Made by a program: the position numbers and the translations under genes. The notes beneath the pieces are model-generated. The model was not told the DNA's origin. It was given only the letters and a program-made list of their open reading frames with translations, and made no database searches. A stretch of DNA of 64,000 nucleotides from Planctomycetota bacterium (GTDB taxonomy: Bacteria > Planctomycetota > PLA2 > JAEUHO01). Numbering within the stretch: the first letter of the stretch is position 1; every line of letters starts with the position of its first letter. Positions 8,906-17,992 of this stretch are shown one piece after another. Location of the stretch: NCBI GenBank assembly GCA_965222115.1, contig CBDCTJ010000001.1, forward strand, positions 128,001-192,000, read 5' to 3'.

Positions 8906-10522
8906 CTACTCAATCGGTTCGTCAATGACCACGATCTTCCGATCAAGCGCCTCTTGCACTCGGCGCGCATAGTCGCGCTCCAACGATCGCGAGCGTGTAA
9001 GCCCCGAAACGTGCGCATAGTCGCGAAACCAACGCAATCGATCGCACTTGGTGACCGAAATGGGGATGGAGGCCGCGAGCTGCGCGAGATTCTTAATGCG
9101 ACGCCGCGTGTCCACGGGCTCATCGAAGAATCGGCAGTGATCGGTGTCGATGAGGTGAAACGAAAAGGCGCCTCGATTGGCCTGCACAAGAATGTTCACG
9201 CCCTTGAGGTCGCCGTGATAAATCCCACGCGCATGGAGATTCCCCACCCACGCCGCCGATGCGCGCAGCAAGCGCGCGCGATCCTCGCTACGTGTGTTTA
9301 GGAACATTTCGCGTGCGAGATGGTCAAGTCGCCGACAGTCGACGAGTTCATCGTAGAGCGTGTAGGTGTGACCGCGGGTCTGAACAATGGCAAGCGGACG
9401 CGCTGTCCCTACACCTTCATTCATCAGCCGATGAGCGTTTCGGTAGCCGCTTTGATCTAAGCGGGGAACTAGCCGGTGACGCAGGCCGCGCCATCCACCG
9501 CCCGCGAGCGCCTCTTTGACAACGATGCCGTCCACGCGACTCACGCGGGATCGTTCACTTTGCTTCAGTAGTTTGCCCGCCGCGTGAGCAACGACATGTC
9601 GATGTGTATCTATCGCATACTCAATGGCTTCGGGGTCTACATCACGGCGGCGCGCGCCCGTGCCCAGCGGTACGTCACGGGTGTAGATTGTACTATCCAC
9701 CATACAACGCCGCGCGCGACTCTTTCGGCGCACGGCGCGAAGCCGACGCATGTCGCGCATAACGTGCTCGACCCAAAGCGACCGCTGCTCCTCATCGGGT
9801 TCATACGCTTGAAGCCACGACCGGAGTGTGGACTCGGACGAGGGTGGCGTCATGTAGGCGTGTAGGTAGGCGAGGGATCGCACGCGCCCGCGCCGTGAAA
9901 CAGTTTGTCCGAGGCGCACGCGGTGGAGATCCACAAGTCGCAAGCGACACGCTTCACCCGGCCCCGGTCCGGCGAGCACATTTCCCGGATGAAGATCTCG
10001 ATGATCAAAGCCCAAGTCGTGCATCGTGCGTATGAGTCGAGCAACGCGGGCGTCCAACCGTTTCGCTTGCTCCGGCGGTTGATCGGCTCGAGTCGTTGCA
10101 AGATCGCGAAGTCCGTCCTCGAAGCGCGCGAGAAAAAAGGAGCGCCCCAATAGGCGCATTCGCCGTTCTTCGCCCATCGCCAGCGCCTCCGGCACGGGCA
10201 GTCCCGCCCCGGCGAGATACCGCGCGGCGTCCCACTCCATGCGACTTCGTCCGCGAGCGACGAGATGCCGAAGTGCGCGCAGCCGGCGCGGGCGCTTGTG
10301 AAACTTGAGCAACACGGCACCAAGACCGTCGGCGAGCACGCGCGCGGTCACTCGGCTCATGCTCTCGCGAAGCACCGTTCCACCACGCGCGAAGGCTTCG
10401 GGATCGGGAACGACGCGTGTATGCACCACGGACTCGGCGCGGGGCACACTTGCTACGGCGAATCCACCAACATGCGCGGCGGTGACGTCATGGCGTGGCA
10501 TTGGCCGCCGGGTGTTGGGCAT
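8906..10522 (-). CDS. Lipopolysaccharide kinase (Kdo/WaaP/InaA family), two tandem kinase domains
   Basis: HRDLHPGNVL...LVDLH and HGDLKGVNIL...LIDTD; KNLAQL and DRLRWFRDY typical of WaaP-like C-lobes. Confidence 0.82.
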   Translation of the reverse strand: MPNTRRPMPRHDVTAAHVGGFAVASVPRAESVVHTRVVPDPEAFARGGTVLRESMSRVTARVLADGLGAVLLKFHKRPRRLRALRHLVARGRSRMEWDAARYLAGAGLPVPEALAMGEERRMRLLGRSFFLARFEDGLRDLATTRADQPPEQAKRLDARVARLIRTMHDLGFDHRDLHPGNVLAGPGPGEACRLRLVDLHRVRLGQTVSRRGRVRSLAYLHAYMTPPSSESTLRSWLQAYEPDEEQRSLWVEHVMRDMRRLRAVRRKSRARRCMVDSTIYTRDVPLGTGARRRDVDPEAIEYAIDTHRHVVAHAAGKLLKQSERSRVSRVDGIVVKEALAGGGWRGLRHRLVPRLDQSGYRNAHRLMNEGVGTARPLAIVQTRGHTYTLYDELVDCRRLDHLAREMFLNTRSEDRARLLRASAAWVGNLHARGIYHGDLKGVNILVQANRGAFSFHLIDTDHCRFFDEPVDTRRRIKNLAQLAASIPISVTKCDRLRWFRDYAHVSGLTRSRSLERDYARRVQEALDRKIVVIDEPIE

Positions 10523-11366
10523 TGTGTTGCCGTAGATTCCAAAGCTTGGCGTATTTCAAAAACACGCCGTAGCTATCCAAGATCGCAAGGACCAACCCGC
10601 GGCCGCCGTCGAGAAAGCCCGCGCGCAGGACGTACATACGAAAGAAACGGAAAGCGGGCCGTAAGCAAATGTCCCACCATCGGGCGCGCTTGCCACGCTT
10701 GTACTTTTCATTGGCCGCAACAGTGCTAAATCGATTCGTCTTGTCGAGGTAGTCCTCCATGGACCGCCACGTGTAGTGCTCCAAGTTTCCGTCGCGCACA
10801 CGCTTAACGGTGCACGCCGTTTCGACGCGGTCATGGGGATCGATACCGCCCCACGCAGCGTGCCCGCGATGAAACAAACGCGTGCGCCACTCGGGATACC
10901 AACCGCCGTGTTTGATCCAGCCGCCCAAAAAGAAAACCTTGCGTGTGACGGCAAAGGCCAATGGTTTGGTGCCGCCGTCGGCAAGGCCGGTGGTGCCGTC
11001 GTCGGCAAGACACGTGGCGCGCAAAGCCAAGAGCGCATCGCGCAGTTCATCGTCGACACGTTCATCGGCATCGAGTGAAAAGATCCAGTCGTGGGTGGCC
11101 GCCTCGGCAGCGCGCTGCTTCTGCTTCACCCAGCCCGGCCAGTCGGTCTCGATGACGCGCGCACCCAGCTCTCGGCACAGTGCCTGCGTACCATCGGTGC
11201 TTCCCGAGTCGAGCACCACCACTTCGTCGCACCATGAAACGCTTTCAATGCAGCGGCGAATTCGATCCACCTCATTCATGGCGATAATGCACGCCGAGAC
11301 GGGCACATGCGTAGACGCCGTGGAACGCGAGGGCGCGGAGGAAGTCGTCATGGTTGCCTGCGTCAT
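10488..11366 (-). CDS. Glycosyltransferase family 2 (KdtX/WaaE-like LPS core glycosyltransferase)
   Basis: VSACIIAMNE, DSGSTDGT, FSLDADER, HGGWYP, GFLDGGRG, FLKYAKLW. Confidence 0.88.
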   Translation of the reverse strand: MTQATMTTSSAPSRSTASTHVPVSACIIAMNEVDRIRRCIESVSWCDEVVVLDSGSTDGTQALCRELGARVIETDWPGWVKQKQRAAEAATHDWIFSLDADERVDDELRDALLALRATCLADDGTTGLADGGTKPLAFAVTRKVFFLGGWIKHGGWYPEWRTRLFHRGHAAWGGIDPHDRVETACTVKRVRDGNLEHYTWRSMEDYLDKTNRFSTVAANEKYKRGKRARWWDICLRPAFRFFRMYVLRAGFLDGGRGLVLAILDSYGVFLKYAKLWNLRQHNAQHPAANATP

Positions 11367-11370
11367 ACCG

Positions 11371-12294
11371 TCAAGGAGCCCCATCGATTGGTTCGGAACC
11401 GGCAGCTTGCACTTGATTGACGGAGGCGTCGGGCTTGAGCTGGCCCGTGAGCATCCACCAAAACTCGCGCAGGGGCATGGTACGGCCAAGCGCGCGCCAA
11501 ATGCGAACCCACCACTCCCGCGCCGCCTTTCGATCGCCAGCGTAGCCCTCGAGGAAACGAAGTCCCAAGCGTGGCCCAACGGCTAAGCCTCGCAGGCGAT
11601 GTTTTTCAATCGAGCGGGCCAGGCGCGCAAGATCCTGCAGGCGCTCCGCACCCGTGAGCGGCCGTTCGAACGCGCGGGATTTATCGAAATCGAGCACGCG
11701 GAGCGAGCCATCCGACGTGAGGATGAGATTCTTGGGGTGCAGATCGCCATGACGGACGCCGGCATCATGGACCATGCGCACGACCTCGCCGGCACGGATC
11801 GGCACCACCCGGTCCTTCGAGGACGCTACGCGAATCGAACGACGGAGCCAGGCATCGAGGTCAATCGCACCTGAACACTCGCGCGTCAATAGATGGCCAC
11901 GCCACTTCGCCCCCCGACGGTGAATGACACAGGCCACGGCTTCCACAACCGGCACGCCGGCACCCATCAGTTGGCGGTGGAGTACGAGCTCACGCAACGG
12001 ACGCCACGCACCCGCAAAGTAGGTCCCGCGAAACCTGCGAAGCAGACCGCCCTTTGAATACGTACGAACGAGCAGCGGTCCATCCGGCGATTGAATGCGA
12101 CGAAGGGGGACGCGCCCCGATGCCTGGGCGCGAGGCAACGACTCGGGTCGCGATGCGACGGCGCGCGCCGCGACTTCACACGACGGTTCAAAGACGAGCA
12201 CCTCGCGCCCGTCGCATCGCATACGCAGATCGCGCGGCACGCTGTAGCGGGCTCGAATGGACCGCTCTAGCTCGGAATCGGGGTCGGCCACCAT
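11371..12294 (-). CDS. Kdo kinase-like (KdkA/WaaP family) LPS kinase
   Basis: VRTYSKGGLL (KdkA RHYxRGG-like), GVPVVE, HGDLHPKNLIL, LDFDK, LARLARSIEK. Confidence 0.8.
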   Translation of the reverse strand: MVADPDSELERSIRARYSVPRDLRMRCDGREVLVFEPSCEVAARAVASRPESLPRAQASGRVPLRRIQSPDGPLLVRTYSKGGLLRRFRGTYFAGAWRPLRELVLHRQLMGAGVPVVEAVACVIHRRGAKWRGHLLTRECSGAIDLDAWLRRSIRVASSKDRVVPIRAGEVVRMVHDAGVRHGDLHPKNLILTSDGSLRVLDFDKSRAFERPLTGAERLQDLARLARSIEKHRLRGLAVGPRLGLRFLEGYAGDRKAAREWWVRIWRALGRTMPLREFWWMLTGQLKPDASVNQVQAAGSEPIDGAP

Positions 12295-12357
12295 GCCTGG
12301 ATTATTCAGGAATCCCCACCGTTGCGGCCCACAATCTTGATCTGCAGCGCCGGAAGA

Positions 12358-14271
12358 CTATTTCTTCTTTTCAGCGTTCTCTTTGAGCTCATCGAGGAGG
12401 TCTTCGGCGTCGGGGTCGTCGCCCCCTGCGGCAAGATACTTCTTGAGATGCTTCATCGCGGTCTCCTCGTCCTTGAGTCGGTCGAGGTAGAGGTAGGCAA
12501 GCGCAAGTCGCAGATCTTTTTCATCGGCCTTGATCTTGAGCGCTTCCTCAATCGCCTTGGCGGCGTCTTCCCACTTGCTCGTCTGTGCATAGGAATAGCC
12601 AAGGCCACGCCAACCGAAGAACGACTTGGGATCCTGAGCAATTCCCTTCTTGTACCAGTCGATGGCCTTCTTGAATTTCTTCTGGAAGTAGAAGTTGTCG
12701 CCTAGCCAGACCATGATCTTGGCATCTTTGGGCTTGAGCTTATGTGCACGCTCAAGCAGCTTTGCCGCCTTGGGAAAAGCACCCTGCGCCTCGTAGTCAA
12801 ACGCACAGTTGACAATCGCGCGCATGTTTTCGGCGTGCTCTTTCTCGCGCAAAATCTTCTCGTAGATTTTGATGGCCTCCCCGTATTTGGCCTGCGCGTC
12901 GTACGTAGCGCCCAAGTTGAGACGCGCATCAACGTAGGACTCGTCCAAGTCAATCGCGCGGCGAAACTGCACCTGCGCTTCCGACACGCGCCCCTGCTTG
13001 AGCAATGTAAAGCCGAGCCCATTTAGCATGATGGGGCTATCGGGAAGAATGTGGGTGAGCGCCTTGTAGTTCTGCATGGCCTCTTTGAACTTCTTCTCAC
13101 GCTCCAGCACCCAGGCAAGACCAAAGAGTGCGTGCACATCCTCTTTGTTCTTCGCCAAAACCTTCTTGTAGAGCACCGTGGCGGCCTTGTAGGCCTTCTC
13201 ATCCTCGGCCTTGGCCGTAATGTCGGCGACGGCCAGTAAGACGACACGGGCCTCGGGCGCAATCCGGGTCGCACCATCGAGACTCTTCAGTGCATCCTTC
13301 TGCTTACCTTGCGCTACAATGGCTTCCGCGCGCACAAGAAACGCTGCCACGAACGATGGCCGGAGTGTGAGCACGGTCTGCGCGTGCTTTTCCGCGGCCT
13401 TGAATTCGCCCTCGTCCAAGTCCAACCGGGCAAGCAGGAGGCGGGCCTTCCAGTCCTCGGCATTCGCTGCAAGCAGAAGGCCGATTTGTTCACGGGCCTT
13501 CTTGCGCTTGGTGGCGCCAATTTTGGGTTCAGCCTTCCAAAGAGCCTCTGCATAGGCCAAGGCAATATCGGTGCGCCCTGCAGGCGCGAGGGCCACAGCC
13601 CGCTCGTATTGCTTGAGTGCGTCGGACGTATCACCGTTTGCAAGGAGGGCAACTGCATATTCGACAATGACATCGGCGTTGCTCGACTTCTTGGCGAACT
13701 CCTTGAACTTTGGTAGCCGTTCTTCGACGGGATCCAAGCGCAGACGATGCAGTTTGAGGGACGCTTCCTTGGGAAAGTCCTTTACAAGCACGTCGTAGTC
13801 TTCTTTGAGGTTTGCTCGTTCCCCTTCGCCCCCCGCTTGAAGGGAGGCGGCTTGGTAGCGTACGTGGGCTACATAGGACTTGTAGTTGGCTTCAATCGCT
13901 TCCCAATAGAGATTGGCTGCCGCCTCGAATTTGCACTCTTCGAGTGCGACTTCCGCCTCTTCGAACTTCCGCTTGAAGGCCGCTTCGTCAACCGTACGCC
14001 CATCCTCGCCCTCCCCTTCGACACCCGCATCATCGGCCTTGGGTTTAGCCGGAGGCTCTTTTACGCCCGTATCAGCGTCTTCTGCTCGCACGGGCCCAGG
14101 CACCACCAGCCCAATGACGAGGGCGGTCAGCAGGATGTGGGCCAACGAACGCCACCCGTAGCGACGCTTCGATGCATTGGTGCAGGGCGCAGACGAATAA
14201 GAAATACTCTTCGTGAAGAACGTACATGGTCGAAGCCTCAAGTAGCCCCAACCATCACGACCGTTTGCCAT
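12358..14271 (-). CDS. Exported tetratricopeptide-repeat protein
   Basis: Signal-like LAHILLTALVIGLVVPGPVRA, then many TPRs (e.g. LNGLGFTLLKQGRVSEAQVQFRRAIDLD, RLNLGATYDAQAKYGEAIKIY). True start probably downstream of 14271. Confidence 0.85.
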   Translation of the reverse strand: MANGRDGWGYLRLRPCTFFTKSISYSSAPCTNASKRRYGWRSLAHILLTALVIGLVVPGPVRAEDADTGVKEPPAKPKADDAGVEGEGEDGRTVDEAAFKRKFEEAEVALEECKFEAAANLYWEAIEANYKSYVAHVRYQAASLQAGGEGERANLKEDYDVLVKDFPKEASLKLHRLRLDPVEERLPKFKEFAKKSSNADVIVEYAVALLANGDTSDALKQYERAVALAPAGRTDIALAYAEALWKAEPKIGATKRKKAREQIGLLLAANAEDWKARLLLARLDLDEGEFKAAEKHAQTVLTLRPSFVAAFLVRAEAIVAQGKQKDALKSLDGATRIAPEARVVLLAVADITAKAEDEKAYKAATVLYKKVLAKNKEDVHALFGLAWVLEREKKFKEAMQNYKALTHILPDSPIMLNGLGFTLLKQGRVSEAQVQFRRAIDLDESYVDARLNLGATYDAQAKYGEAIKIYEKILREKEHAENMRAIVNCAFDYEAQGAFPKAAKLLERAHKLKPKDAKIMVWLGDNFYFQKKFKKAIDWYKKGIAQDPKSFFGWRGLGYSYAQTSKWEDAAKAIEEALKIKADEKDLRLALAYLYLDRLKDEETAMKHLKKYLAAGGDDPDAEDLLDELKENAEKKK

Positions 14272-14354
14272 CGATGGCCAGGGGGATTTAGTTCGGTGCG
14301 GATGGGTCGTTGACCACCTGAAAGGGTGAGCGCTTGCTACGTGTAGGGTGTCGC

Positions 14355-14760
14355 TTACTCCGCCGGACGATCGGCAACCGCGTCGCCCGCCTCTTGCTCG
14401 CGCTCATTTGCAAGCCAGGCTTCTTGACCCTTCTTGCGATCTTCTTCCATCAATCGATCGCGGCGGGCTTTGATCATGGCGAGCCGCTCTTCTTTGCGCC
14501 TGTAGTTCTTGCCACTCCTTGGCAGATCGTCCGGACCCATTCCTGCCCTGATTTCCGCGATTGCCCCGGCCACCCATGGATCCACGACCACCCATGGCGC
14601 CGCGCCCGCCGCGCCCTCCTCTACCGCCTCGACCTCCTCGACCGCCGCGGCCGCCTCCGCGCCCGCCCCCGCGGGGCTGTGCCATGCTTTGGATGGGCGA
14701 GGACATCATGAGGGCGGCCATGGTTACGAGAAATAGCAACGCGTATTTGATGTGCTTCAT
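14355..14760 (-). CDS. Small exported RGG/Gly-Arg-rich protein, apparently frameshifted near 14500
   Basis: Signal peptide MKHIKYALLFLVTMAALMMSSPIQSMAQ, RGG tract, then the charged helical reading continues in another frame (RKEERLAMIKARRDRLMEEDRKKGQEAW...AE*). Confidence 0.6.
14555..14673 (-). repeat. Degenerate tandem repeat encoding RGG/GGRG
   Basis: RGGG-RGGG-(RGG)5-RG-AM-GGRG-SM-GGRG-N-RG; ccatgggtgg occurs twice on the minus strand. Confidence 0.8.
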
Positions 14761-14830
14761 GGGTTCTTACCTTGGTTGATGAAATCGGTCGATTACTGAG
14801 TCGATGGCGCTCTCACGCCAAGCGCGCGTG

Positions 14831-15973
14831 TCAATCCTTGAGAAGTTCAGGCTTCTTTCTAATCAGGTCGTTCATCTTTTTAATGGCACGACTCCTGGTT
14901 TCGGGCTTGGCCTTGGGCTTATAGCCAAAGTTCTTGCCAAGCAGCCCTTTGATAATGGCGATGCCAAGCGTGCGAACCTCGACATCATCATGGTACAGCA
15001 ACTCCATGGACGGTCGCACGGCCTTGCGGGTTCCCGTGCCGAGCGCCTTGGCAATGGCCTTGCGCTCTTCTTCGGAGCCCTCTTTGTCCCGTAGGCGGCC
15101 AATCAGCGCCTCCATGGCGGCTTCGTCGCCCGCCGCGTGGTTCTCGAGCAGGGACTGGGCCCCCTCGGAGACCCCCTTGACGGGTCCAACGATGGGCTTG
15201 GCCGTTCGGAGCGCCACGCCGTTGGCCTTCAGCCACTTGGGATTGAGTTTGCCCGTAATGGTTATGTTATCCACAAACATACGCGCCTTGATCGCATAGA
15301 AGCCGACGAACACATGCTTGAGTTTGGGTCCCAGGCACTTGCCCTTGAGCGACACGCCGGGGACTTCCATGCGCAACTTGCTCTTTTCCCAACCAAACAT
15401 GAATGGAACGGTTTGTCCGGGAACGACGGGTTTGTCTTTGGGAGGCATCCGGCGACTGATGTAACGAAAGCCAATGTACTCCGAAGGACTCCCGGGTTCC
15501 GTCCACTGATCGCCAAACTGAATAATGCTGTGCTGGCCGCCCGCTTTCTTGTCCCACTTGTGAAAGTAATGCTCGGCAAGCGTAAATGACACATAGTCGT
15601 TGGTGCCGCTGACCGGAGCCATGTAGGCGCCCACGTCCTTCTTGGCATCGGGTGTGAGCTGAGCTTCGATGTGGACGTCGCCTGTCCATTGGGCTTTGTG
15701 GCGCGACCCAATGGTCCCGTGCAATTCCAGGCGCGAGTCAAACCAATCTGCCCCGTCCCCTTTCTTTGGCACCAAGGGGAAGGGAATGAACGACTCCCAA
15801 TCGGCTATCTGTTCTTTGCTCTTGAAGTCATAGGAAAGCGTGACGACGCCCTTCTCAAGGGCAACCACACGCCCCTTGAAAAACTCATCAAGTGCAACGT
15901 CGCTGCCCTTGCCCAGCGCGGTCGTGGGTATCCACCCGACGAGACAGGCGATGAAGGCCACGCGGACCGCCAT
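14831..15973 (-). CDS. Exported hypothetical protein, beta-rich N-domain and C-terminal HEAT-like repeats
   Basis: Signal MAVRVAFIACLVGWIPTTALG; C-terminal ALIGRLRD...ERKAIAKALG...LLYHDDVEVRTLG; strong coding codon bias. Confidence 0.7.
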   Translation of the reverse strand: MAVRVAFIACLVGWIPTTALGKGSDVALDEFFKGRVVALEKGVVTLSYDFKSKEQIADWESFIPFPLVPKKGDGADWFDSRLELHGTIGSRHKAQWTGDVHIEAQLTPDAKKDVGAYMAPVSGTNDYVSFTLAEHYFHKWDKKAGGQHSIIQFGDQWTEPGSPSEYIGFRYISRRMPPKDKPVVPGQTVPFMFGWEKSKLRMEVPGVSLKGKCLGPKLKHVFVGFYAIKARMFVDNITITGKLNPKWLKANGVALRTAKPIVGPVKGVSEGAQSLLENHAAGDEAAMEALIGRLRDKEGSEEERKAIAKALGTGTRKAVRPSMELLYHDDVEVRTLGIAIIKGLLGKNFGYKPKAKPETRSRAIKKMNDLIRKKPELLKD

Positions 15974-16328
15974 CCAAATGCCGGCTCGCACGGAACACCG
16001 GGCGGCATAAGCGCCGCTGCTGTTACTGGCGCCGCTGCGGTTGTTAAAATTACGCAAGGGGATACGCGGCGTCGATTCGAATCGATGTGATTGCAAGCCG
16101 ATCTCCTACCTTGGAGCGTAGAGGAACCTATCGGTCTGACGATCTAACCCTTCGAGACGCCCAAGGTAACGGGCAAAATCTATGCTTAGGGGCGAATCAG
16201 GGGCACAAAGGCCCGCAATCTTGGAGCACCCGCACGATTCCCCAAGACGTCAATCTCCAATTCGGAAATCGTGTTACCAGACACGGAATGATCCCTCCCC
16301 CGGCGTCGTGCGGACTACGATTGGGCGA

Positions 16329-17510
16329 ATGGCCGCGCGCGCATCGACCCCGCCTCCTCGACGGCGCTGGAAGCCCCCGACGGAGCGTCCGCCGCGCATC
16401 CTCATTGTTCGACTTTCCGCCATTGGCGACGTCGTCCATGCGCTGCCTGTTGCGCGCGCGATTCGTTTGCGGTGGCCCGACGCGCACATTGGTTGGGCAG
16501 TGGAGGACCGCGCCGCCGACCTATTGACCATGAGCCCCGATGTTGACGCATGCCATGTGTTTCGACGTCGCCCCATGGCGAATGCACTTCGACGCGGCAC
16601 GTTGATTTCGGCGGGCACGATGGCACGCAGATTTGTACGCAATATGCGAAGCGCGGCCTACGACGTGGCCCTCGATCTCCAGGGCAATCTCAAGTCGGGC
16701 ATGGTGATGCGTTCCAGCGGCGCTCAGCGGCGATTCGGTTGGGATCGATCGATTGCCAAGGAGGCCAATCAGATTTTCGCGCACCATCACGTGCGCCCCA
16801 CACCCAACGTAAAGCATAAGGCGTTGCGAAACCTCTCCATGCTGAGTCATGTTTTGGGCGAACCCATTGACTATCACCAGCCCCATCTCACGCCATCCGA
16901 ACAGCATGAACAGGAGGCTCGCTCGCTCATGGCAGCGTTGCCGTTGCGATGTACTGCGCACGTCATTTTGCACCCCGGAACAAGTGGCTTTGGATCCTTT
17001 AAGCGCTGGCCGAACGATCGTTGGGCTGCATTGGCGCGACGACTTCATCGCGAAGGCTATGACGTACTACTCAGTCATACAAAAGCAGAGCGCACGCTCA
17101 TCGAAGCCATTGAGTCGGGTGCGCCGCATTCGATTCCAATGGCGCCGCCGTCTATCGGTGCGTTGGCGGTGCTTGCGCGAGGCGCGTCGTTATTTGTTGC
17201 ATCCGACACCGGGCCGTTGCACCTCGCTGCGCTCATGAATGCGCCGGTCTTAGGTCTCTATGGTCCAAAAGATCCAGGGGTGTACGGCCCGTTTGGATCC
17301 GACAAAGAAGGCGCATTCAATCTGCTCCCCACGCAGGTGCAGAGCGACGTCGCGTGTCGCCCGTGCCGCCTACGGGTCTGCGGGAATCCCATCTGCATGA
17401 ACACCTTGTCACCGGATAGCGTCTTCGAACATTGTTTGAAAATTCTATCGACCGAAAGCCCATCGCGAGCCAACGGCTCGTCTATGCCGACGCCGCTTCA
17501 CTTGTCGTAG
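16329..17510 (+). CDS. LPS heptosyltransferase, glycosyltransferase family 9 (WaaC/WaaF-like)
   Basis: ILIVRLSAIGDVVHALP, DLQGNLKS, HPGTS...KRWP, DTGPLHLAA, LYGP, CRPC. Confidence 0.92.
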   Translation: MAARASTPPPRRRWKPPTERPPRILIVRLSAIGDVVHALPVARAIRLRWPDAHIGWAVEDRAADLLTMSPDVDACHVFRRRPMANALRRGTLISAGTMARRFVRNMRSAAYDVALDLQGNLKSGMVMRSSGAQRRFGWDRSIAKEANQIFAHHHVRPTPNVKHKALRNLSMLSHVLGEPIDYHQPHLTPSEQHEQEARSLMAALPLRCTAHVILHPGTSGFGSFKRWPNDRWAALARRLHREGYDVLLSHTKAERTLIEAIESGAPHSIPMAPPSIGALAVLARGASLFVASDTGPLHLAALMNAPVLGLYGPKDPGVYGPFGSDKEGAFNLLPTQVQSDVACRPCRLRVCGNPICMNTLSPDSVFEHCLKILSTESPSRANGSSMPTPLHLS

Positions 17511-17931
17511 CCTCCGATTTGGGTTCCAAACACAGCGTTACATTTCGTTTTCCAAGCTGAATCGAATAGGTGCGTTCAAAGCAGTCATACAGCACGACGC
17601 GATCGATGCGATGCCCATTCACGAATGTTCCGTTGGGACTCAGATTCTCCAGTTCCACCATGTCACGCGCAAGAAAGGTAATCTTAAGGTGCTTTCGACT
17701 TACGGACGCGAACTCGGGTTGCTTGCGCAACTTCGCACGCGCCGCCCGATCAAGGTCCAAGTACGCTGACGACTTCTTAAGCGACCACTCGCAGTGCCTG
17801 CTGCGGCCGCAAATCACCGATTCTCCGGGACGAATGGTGATGCATTGGTCGGCACTGAGCGTGCTTGTGCCGCGTAAGGTGAGCGCGGCGTCGCGCCGGT
17901 ACCCACGTGTTTGGCGTTTTACTTCAATCAT
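17482..17931 (-). CDS. FHA domain protein
   Basis: VICGRS, SVSRKH, ENLSPNGTFVNG. Confidence 0.85.
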   Translation of the reverse strand: MIEVKRQTRGYRRDAALTLRGTSTLSADQCITIRPGESVICGRSRHCEWSLKKSSAYLDLDRAARAKLRKQPEFASVSRKHLKITFLARDMVELENLSPNGTFVNGHRIDRVVLYDCFERTYSIQLGKRNVTLCLEPKSEATTSEAASA

Positions 17932-17992
17932 TGAGGATTCAACCTGCAAGCGGGGTGCCGATCGACGAGTTGGGAGCAAGCGTCAATCCATG

